A stretch of 20,000 nt of DNA from Welwitschia mirabilis. Lineage: Eukaryota. Numbering within the stretch: the first letter of the stretch is position 1; every line of letters starts with the position of its first letter. Of this stretch, positions 11,760 to 20,000 are shown one piece after another. The notes below the pieces were generated by a model, which saw only the letters and a list, made by a program, of their open reading frames with translations, made no database searches and was not told where the DNA came from. The stretch spans positions 10,371,595-10,391,594 of the forward strand of contig JBOZIK010000001.1 of the NCBI GenBank assembly GCA_051453625.1. Reading direction: 5' to 3'. The translations under genes were made by a program, and so were the position numbers.

Positions 11760-11764
11760 TCACT
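11760..11764 (+). repeat. Left target-site duplication (TCACT)
   Basis: TCACT immediately precedes the TG of the 5' LTR and is identical to 16506-16510. Confidence 0.93.
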
Positions 11765-12095
11765 TGTTAAAAACTAGTGCATCTTACTCGTTTAAATTTC
11801 TATTAGCTGATTTAATTTTCTATTCAAATTTGAACTATTCAAATTAGTTCAAATATTGTCTATTGCACTTGAGGCTCGGGAAGTTCCTGTTATTCAGATA
11901 GAATAAGTTAGTTTAGGAAGCTGAGGGATTTGTACTAAAGTTAGAGAATTTATAGGATTAGTTTATTAACAGACCAACTATCAATAAATAAGGTCTGCTC
12001 TTGTATTGATCATTGAAGTCATTAATAAAAGTTTTCCTTCTTTAGTTTCTTATCATTTCTATTTACTCCTTTTACATCTTCCTTTAGTTATTTCA
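11765..12095 (+). repeat. 5' LTR of copia element (331 bp)
   Basis: TGTTAAAAACTAGTGCATCTTACTC...CCTTTAGTTATTTCA aligns end to end with 16191-16505. AATAAA at 12024-12029. Confidence 0.96.
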
Positions 12096-12107
12096 TGGTA
12101 TCAGAGC
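12096..12107 (+). promoter_or_regulatory. Primer-binding site, tRNA-iMet type
   Basis: TGGTATCAGAGC directly abuts the 5' LTR end; this is the canonical plant initiator-Met PBS. Confidence 0.95.
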
Positions 12108-12201
12108 TAGATTGAGACATATACATAGGATCTTCTTTCTCCTTGTCTATTAAGTTACCAATTGTTTTGTTAAAAGAGATTGAAAGATGTGGAGAGGAAG
12201 T

Positions 12202-15200
12202 ATGGAGTTAGCAAATAGAAGAAGCAATTCGAACACATAATATGGTGTTGAAAAGCTTGTAGGTACAAACTATAAGTATTGGCAAATGTGCATGGAGGCC
12301 TACCTTCAAAGTCAAGATTTGTCAGAGCTTGTTGCTAGTGCCAATGATGAGATTCATGTTGATATTCCAGAGAATGCTAAACCAAGAAGGAAGTGAAAGA
12401 TTAAATGTGGTAAGGCTCTTTTTGCCTTGAGTACTTTAATCCGAAAAGAATTCATTGATCATGTTTGAGACACTAGTTCACCAAAAGAAGTTTGGGAAAC
12501 ACTTGCAAGGTTGTTTTACAAGAAGAATACTGCAAGTCTACAGCTACTAAAAAATGAGTTGGTTATACTAACACAAGGAAGTATGTCTATTTCTGAATAC
12601 TTTTTACAAGTTAAAAGTATTTGTGCTTAAATTTCAGAATTCGATGTAGATGAGAAGATAAGTGAGGCAAGGTTTCAATTTCTCATTCATGGATTGAAGG
12701 AGTACATTCCCTTTGTCACTTTCATTCAAGGTTGGGCTAACCAGCCCTTAGTTGAAGAACTATAAAGCTTGATTTCTAACCAAGAATCTTTGGTAAGACA
12801 AATAGCAAAGAACTTTGAATCAGATGCTGGAGTCTTTTCAAAAAGGAAGCACTACAAGATGAACACACTTACCAAAAATAAAAGCAATGAAAAAGGAAGA
12901 AAAACTATTGATGATAGCTCACAAATTCACAACCTAATCAAATGCTACAGATTTGGCAAAATCGGGCGTAATAAGAAAAACTATAGAGTGAATGTTTCCA
13001 AAGTAAATGTCACAAGTGAGATGAAGATAATAAACAACTCAAATGGAAGCAATTCTTTCCCACAGAAGTTGTTGAGAGAAGGAAGCATGAAACCAAGTCA
13101 ATATCACTAGATCAAGCTATTTTCAACCATGAAACCATAAGGAGGAGTGGATCATTTAATCAAGTTGCTTTCATCATGTAAGTGAAAATGACTTATTATT
13201 CTTAGAACTATGACAACATAATGGCAAACGAGTCATTGTTACAACCGATAATTCAACTTATCCAGTAGTAAAAGAAGGAGTTATGGACATCGACTTAGAT
13301 GATACAAAGTTGGTCAAGCTGAATGACGTCTATCATGTTCTAGGTTTGAAGAGAAATTTAATCTTAGTTTTTCAAATCATTAATTCTAGACAATATATTT
13401 TATTTGTTCCAAATCATGTAAAACTTTTTAACAATGTAAATAATATAGCTATTGATGTTGTGTCTAACAGTGAGAAGAAAGGCTCTTTTCTTGTCATGTC
13501 AATAGGAGAAGATTATGTGAAGAATATAAGTCAAACCAATAAAGTAGCAATTTGGCATGCTCGGTTGGGGCACTTAACTATTGTAGCAAATATCCTTGAA
13601 GAAGTTGGTGAAAGGTATACTAGTACTATAAAATGTTCATGAAGATGTAATTTGTAAAGAATGTCAATTTGACAAATCACATCATCTTTTCTTTAAGAAA
13701 TCATCAAACCACAGATCAAACATGTTTTAGTTAGTTCATACGAACTTGATGAAATCAACAAAAACACCAAGCTATAGTGGATGCCGCTATGCTATGGTAC
13801 TAGATTATTTTTCAAGATATACTTGGTTAAAATTCTTGAAAGAGAAGAGTGAGGATTTATCAAAGTTTGTTGAGTTTAAAGATGCCTTAGAAAATGAATT
13901 TGAAAAGAAAACCAAGTGCCTATGAAGTGGTAATGGAGGTGAGTTTATGTCAAATGGTTTCTTCTAGTTCTGTAATGACAAGGACATTTTAATATTGATG
14001 ACATGTCTGGATATCCCCTAGTAGAATGGTATTTCTAAAAGGAAATTAGCTCATCTCATCTCCATGAGCATCTCTTGGTTGCATGATAAAAATCTTCGTC
14101 GAGAGCTTCGGGCCAAAGCTATTTAATGTTCTTATCATGTAATAAATCACTTATCTTTGTGACCTAGTAAAGAATAATCTCCCTTTGAGACTTTATATGA
14201 TGTAAACCTGAATGTAAATTACTTTCGAGTATTTGGTTTGAGTTGCTATGTCCATATTTCAAAGTTTAACTAAACTAAGCTTGACTCAAAAGCAAATAAG
14301 TGTATTTTTATTGGCTATGATTCATGTAGGAAAGGGTGGCAGTGCATGAACCTAGAAACAAAGAAGTTCACCACTTCTAGAGATGTAGTCTTTGATGAAG
14401 TTTCGTCTTACTACTCTGCTTACAAAGACTCAGTTTAATGGATTACTTCTAAAGAAGATCTTCCAGAAAATGATGAACAAGCCTTAAATGATGAGATATG
14501 TTTTACTCCAAATGTTTCAGACAATAATGAAGGACAAGTTAAAAGGAGGTCTACAAGAGAAGAGGCAACCATCCTACCTTAGAGACTATGAGGTGCAACT
14601 TAATCATTGTACTATTACCTCCTGTTTTTTCATAGGAGTAGCAAACAAAAGGGAACCAACAAGTTATGAAGCAGCTAGAGGTACTCCAAAATGGAAAGCA
14701 ATAATGCAAGAATAAATAGAAGACTTAAACAAAGTTAAATATGAGAGCTAGTGCCTAAGCCAGAGGATTGTGAACCTATTACTTGTAAATGGGTCTACCA
14801 GTTGAAGAAGAAATTAGATGGAATGATTAACAGATGCAAGAATTAACTAGTTGGACGTGGCTTCTCTCAAAGCTACAAATTAAACTATGAGGAGGCATTT
14901 AGTCTAGTTGCAAAAATGGTAATCATAAGGTCTATTGCCCTTGTAGCATTTAAAAGTTGGAAGTTATGGCAACTTGATGCAAAGAATGCATTTCTTTATA
15001 GAGAGTTAAATCATGAAGTATTTATGGAATAGCCTAAAGGGTACATTTTTAAGGAGTATCCACACCATGTATGTTGACTCAAGAAGGTACTATATGGCCA
15101 TAAATAAGCATCATGTTCTTGGTATGGTAAATTTGCCCAATATCTCATCTTTTATGGATTTAAAGTCTCTGATGCAGATTCTAGTTTATTTATTAAATCA

Positions 15201-16221
15201 AAATCAATCATATATTTGCTAGTCCTATTGTATTTAGATGATATGATCATCACTAGTAATAATGAAATGGAAATTTCCATGTTGAAAAATAATTTGTCTA
15301 TGCATTTTGAAATGAAAAACTTGGGGGAAGTTGGTTGCTTTCTTAGTTTACAAGTAAAAAGGTCAGACAAGGGATATTTCATCTCTCAAAGAGGATATGT
15401 AAAGGAACTATTATGGCATTTTGGCATGGGGAAGTAAAAATATAAAACCACTCCAATGGAGCTACATCTCAAGTTAATGAAAGATGGAGGAAAGCTATTA
15501 AAGATGTTTAACAATTTTGACGACTTGTTGGTAGTTTAATCTCTTTAACTATCACAATATCTAAAATTGCTTAATACATTGGTGTAGTTTCATAGTTTAT
15601 GCAATGTCTGAGAACTTCTCACTTGGATGTAGCAAGAAGAATCCTATGCTATATAAAGGAATATCTTGATTATGGCCTTATATATAAGAGAAGCAAAGGT
15701 TTCCTGTTAAGTAGGTTTACCAATGCAAACAAGGCAGGAAAGGCTAATGATAGGCACTTAACTTAAGCTTGTTGCTTTAGCACTGCATCGGCTGTGGTAT
15801 TTTGGTGTAGTAAGAAGCAGTTAGTAGTTGCTTTATCTATCACAGAAGCAGAGTACGTGGTAGCAACTATGGTAGCACAAGAATGCATGTGACTAAAGAG
15901 ATTAATGAGAGACATGTTATGCAAAGTTGATTATACTATGTACACTAAATGTGATAACCAAAGTACCATTAAAATTTCTTCACATCCAATATTCCATGGA
16001 CAAATGAAGCGTATCAAAGTTCATCATCGCTACATTCAAGAGAAGGTGCTAGATCAAGAAATCGAGTTGAAGGGTGTATCTACAAATGAGCAAGTTGCAA
16101 TATTCTTATAAAATCTTTGGGAAAGTCTAAGTTTGAATATTATAGAACTGCACTTGGATTTATTTATCGTAAGCATGCACTAAGGGGGAGTGTTAAAAAT
16201 TACTGCATCTTACTCATTTAA
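12202..16221 (+). pseudogene. Copia gag-pol polyprotein pseudogene (multiple stops and frameshifts)
   Basis: Gag: EKLVGTNYKYWQMCMEAYLQSQDL...KEVWETL...IQGWANQP. Decayed zinc knuckle CYRFGKIGRNKKNYR (~12943). Protease WII*SSCFHHV (~13148). Pre-integrase WHARLGH (~13553). Integrase DYFSRYTW, GNGGEFMS, CIFIGYD. RT WQLDAKNAFL and YLDD (15231-15242). RNase H LSITEAEY, CDNQSTI. Confidence 0.95.
16182..16190 (+). promoter_or_regulatory. Polypurine tract
   Basis: AAGGGGGAG immediately upstream of the 3' LTR TG. Confidence 0.92.
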
Positions 16222-16505
16222 AGTTCTGTTAGCTAATTTAATTTTCTATTCACATTAGTTCAAATACCATCCACTACACTTCACGCTTAGGTGGTTCCTA
16301 TTATTTAGATAGAATAAGTTAGTTTGAGAAGCTAAGGGATTTATGATAAAATTAGAGCATTTATAGGATTAGATTTTAATAGACCAACAATAAATATATA
16401 CGTTCTACTCTTGTATTAATCATTGAAGTCATTAATAAAAGTTTTCCTTCTTTAGTTTCTTTTCAGCTTCATTTACTTATTTTACATCTTCCTTTAGTTG
16501 TTTCA
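16191..16505 (+). repeat. 3' LTR of copia element (315 bp)
   Basis: TGTTAAAAATTACTGCATCTTACTC...CCTTTAGTTGTTTCA. About 46 substitutions, one 15-nt indel and one 1-nt indel relative to the 5' LTR (manual count). Confidence 0.96.
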
Positions 16506-16510
16506 TCACT
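16506..16510 (+). repeat. Right target-site duplication (TCACT)
   Basis: TCACT immediately follows the terminal CA of the 3' LTR. Confidence 0.93.
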
Positions 16511-18786
16511 AATGTTTTTGAAAATATTAGGGGAAGATGTTGCCTTTAAAAGAACATAAACCTTAGATGTTTATTAAGCTATATATTTGCCTTTATAAAT
16601 CACTAGTCATCCCCTTGTCATATAAAATTTATTTTGGATTTTGCATATCCAATAGGAGGCATGAACATGAACAAATGCAGATGCAAGTAGGAACAATGTA
16701 ACACCAGAAAAAAAAAATTAAAAAAATCCCTTGCCATATCTCACATTATAGTGCATATAACAGTCTTACATAATTGTTCACTATTACCCAATAACCTTAT
16801 TAACATTCAACGTTATTTATTTTTTTCTTGCTAGGTTATAATGGGAATTTACAAAATTACAAAACCAAGAGTAAGCTATAACATACATAAGACAAGTTAA
16901 ATTATTAATCTATATTTTCTATTTAGTATTTTTTAATCAAGCAAGTTAATTCAAGGAAAATCATACCATGCTCATTAAGGTTATTAGTGAAAGCCCATGG
17001 ATGGTTCCTAACTAGCCTAGCAGCTCACCATCAAATATGCTTCTTTTTTATGATTTATACCTAATACAAAAGATGTTTAAGATCTTTAAGATAATTATTA
17101 ATCTAAATTTTGATAAATGTAAAGGGTAAAAGAGAACTCATAAAGCCAATTCCATGGAGATGGAAAAATACTAGGATAATGGTTAAATAATGATTGGTTA
17201 TATTTAGGCTTTTCTTAGTTTATAACGAAATAAATTATTGATTGAGATTTTTTGATATTTATAACTTATAATATGATGTACTAATATTAGTATTTGAGGG
17301 AAGGAAAACTTTTGTGACTTAACAATACGCACTAGTGGTTTGAGTTTGAATCAAGAACTTGTTGGCCCATAAGCTTAAAAATGTCTAAATCACCATTTAA
17401 GATATGCGTGGGGAACTTTGTACCCTATATTTGAAAAATTGTTATAAAATTATGTAAAATACATACCTAATTTTTAATTTACAGTATTTCATATATAAAC
17501 ATTTTTGTTAACATCTTAGATTATTATTTTCTTTTTCTTTTCTTTTTTTTTAAAAGATAACTTTCATAATAAATTAGAAAATCCATGCAGTGTATTACAT
17601 AAAATACCAAAGATTTATAAGAAGGATAGGCAGAGAATGAAGAGAATGAAATCAACTTTAAGAGGCTTTCCGATTGTAATGATATTTTTCTTAGAATATA
17701 TCTTAAGAACTCTTAACAAATTAAAATTGGAAAAACAATTATTTTTTACGGGTGTTAGCTTAATATTATCTTGCAAAATTATATATGAAGACTTTTTGTT
17801 TCTTATTTAAAACTTCCCTTACGTCTGATGTTTGGCATTTGAATCTTAAAGGTCTTAAGGTAACTTATCTGATGTCGTTTGAAAAAACTAGAACTAAATA
17901 TATACCCTTCCTAAAAGAAATTTTCATTTCTTATAATTTCACCTTAATGGATTTTTTAAAAATAATTCTTCAACAACAATTCATTATTTGGCATTCTTTG
18001 CTAATTTTTAAATACTTTAAGACAGTTTTTTTTGCTTGTAGTTTTCATAAAACTTTGCTTTTTGAGACTTTGTTTTTCAATTCACTCTGCTTTTCTATTT
18101 TTATTAAAGTTTTTATTTAAAATATACTTATAGCTATTATTTTCACATGTGTTCTTTAACGTGTTTTATTTTAATTTGGTTGAGCATTCCATCTTTGACT
18201 TAGAAGTCGGTCAAATATCAGATGTAGAATTATTTATGATATTTTGACAAGTTCATGGATGTCAAAGAATTTTTTCCACTTTCTCTTCTGGTTATGTATT
18301 GAGTAACAATCTTTAAATAAAATTTTTATATATAATTAAGTGCATGTTAAACCTTTCATATATATCTATGCATATTGTTAAATGACAATCTTATAATTTT
18401 GTTCTCAAATAATTAAATTTATTTCATCTATTTTTTATTAATTCTAAGTTAATTTTTATATGATTAATAGACTTTTCTCGTCCATTTAAGAATATACGAT
18501 GATATTAGACAATTTCCTTACTTTGTATCTAATACTTGTAATGTATTGAATCTTATTATATCTTTACTTTAATTAACTGTTCAAATTGTGCTTGAAAATC
18601 ATACCATTTAATTTGCAAAAATTGAAAATTTGATTGTTTTAGTTTAATGGTTCACTTATGCTTAATAGCATAAAACTTTTTATCTAAGAATTTCTATGAT
18701 TTCGATGGATATTAAAGCATGAAAAATGATCCAAACTGGTTTTGTAAATAATTTTATGCATATAGACTTTTCCCTAATTAATGGTT

Positions 18787-18801
18787 TCTCTCTCTCTCTC
18801 T
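18787..18801 (+). repeat. (TC)7 microsatellite
   Basis: TCTCTCTCTCTCTCT. Confidence 0.85.
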
Positions 18802-20000
18802 TTATTGTGATGTACTTAATGAAGTTTAACAAAGTATGAGTGTAAATATGTTTTGCTTTATATTTAAATTCTTTTAAATTTTTTTCCCCTATTACACTGC
18901 ATGTTTACATAATAATGATAGAAATTATTTTATCATATTTAAGTGATAGTATTGATAAAATATCTTCAACTTATAGCATGTACTTATTTTCATTAGTTTG
19001 ATACTCATGTACTTACTACTGTTTACAATTGTCTAAGATATTTATATCAGGTTACTTTTATATAACTTTCTACACTTATGTGTGTAGTAAATTATTTTTA
19101 AAGTGTTCGCATGTGATCTTGGGTTAAAAATTTAAGGAAAACCAGACAATGAGAAAACATCATATTTTCCATGTTAAAATAGTATTACAAAATCTAAGTT
19201 TAAATTACAAAACACTTAGTTAAGTAAATCCATAACAGCAAAATAATCATAAATTAATTATCCATAAAATGTCTAGACATAAGTACAATAGATGAGACCT
19301 AGTTTAGTCAACCTAATCTAAGTCATTCAAGAATCTTTAGCTGTAAGGTTGTTACATCCAGTTCTTAGGCTTAATGATTAATAACTAGGGCTCTATTTAA
19401 AAAATAAAAAATGATATGAATTGCTAATTATGCAAGGCTGATCGACCCATGCTAAAAAGTTAAAATATATTTTAGTTGTGTGTGTCAGATGTTTTGGTCA
19501 AAAAATTTATCATGCTAACCAACTCTGTGCTTATTTTTATTCATAGTTGAGTTACAAAATTTCGATTTGGCTGTGAAAATATATGATTTCTGAACTGGCA
19601 TTGAAATTTTACCTCTTTGGTTGATGACAATTAAATTAGATTAGCAGAATGATTTATATTATGCAAGTTTACCCATTGGCCAAGTATGGAGTGGGAACAA
19701 GGCAGTGGATCTAAGCCATTTTCTTAAAGCTCTTAAATTCTTTGGGGGTTAAATCTTCCAGAAAAGTTATTAAATCCAATTATTATCCTCTCTTCTTTTT
19801 TAAAATAGAGTCCTCCCTTGCCTAATGTGCTCTTTTTTTATTTTATTTTTAAATTCGGATTGGGGTCTTAATGACAGATTTTGAGCTAGGAGTTACAACT
19901 TTGAAGTGTAGGTATGGTCCTTGATCTTCTTACACCTCGTGTATCGTTCCCACCCTCCTTGCATCTCTTATATGGTCCATTTTGTGTTCTATCTCTTGCA

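Larger units (their letters stand above)
11765..16505 (+). mobile_element. Full-length, degenerate Ty1/copia LTR retrotransposon (4741 bp; compact short-LTR type, possibly Ivana/Ale-like)
   Basis: Two homologous LTRs starting TGTTAAAAA and ending TTTCA. TCACT on both flanks, PBS after the 5' LTR, PPT before the 3' LTR, and the copia domain order gag-PR-INT-RT-RH. The lineage is an inference. Confidence 0.97.

Noticed and set aside
15152..15382. 76-aa - strand ORF
   Set aside because: Antisense to the copia RT.
17785..18120. 111-aa F/L/K-rich ORF
   Set aside because: Composition expected of random AT-rich DNA; no motif or gene context.
19880..20000. GC-richer stretch at the window end that might be an exon
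   Set aside because: Too short and truncated; no recognisable protein motif in the minus-strand frames I translated.
1..20000. CRISPR array, tRNA/rRNA genes or prokaryotic defence systems
   Set aside because: No repeat-spacer periodicity or structural-RNA signatures were seen. The RT domains belong to plant LTR retrotransposons, not retrons or DGRs.

Overview
AT-rich, repeat-dominated eukaryotic DNA, almost certainly from a plant nuclear genome, with no intact host gene that I can support. (1) A complete but decayed Ty1/copia LTR retrotransposon lies on the + strand at 11765-16505. It has TG...CA LTRs of 331 and 315 bp (about 85% identical by hand alignment), a perfect TCACT target-site duplication, a tRNA-iMet PBS, a PPT and a gag-PR-INT-RT-RNaseH pseudogene. 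(2) A heavily degraded Ty3/gypsy element of the Tat group (Ogre/Retand-like) lies on the - strand over about 1-10200. In element order it has a putative extra ORF with a plant-mobile-domain-like motif, gag, protease, RT, a degenerate RNase H and a second archaeal-type RNase H; the integrase would lie left of the window. (3) Between that element's protease and RT is a ~3 kb segment carrying a decayed antisense (+ strand) ORF, next to a 179-nt assembly gap. This is the most unusual feature. (4) An orphan LTR-end/PBS(Met)-like remnant lies on the - strand near 10.4-10.7 kb. The region 16.5-20 kb is non-coding AT-rich DNA. All family assignments come from manual translation and motif recognition; no database searches were run.
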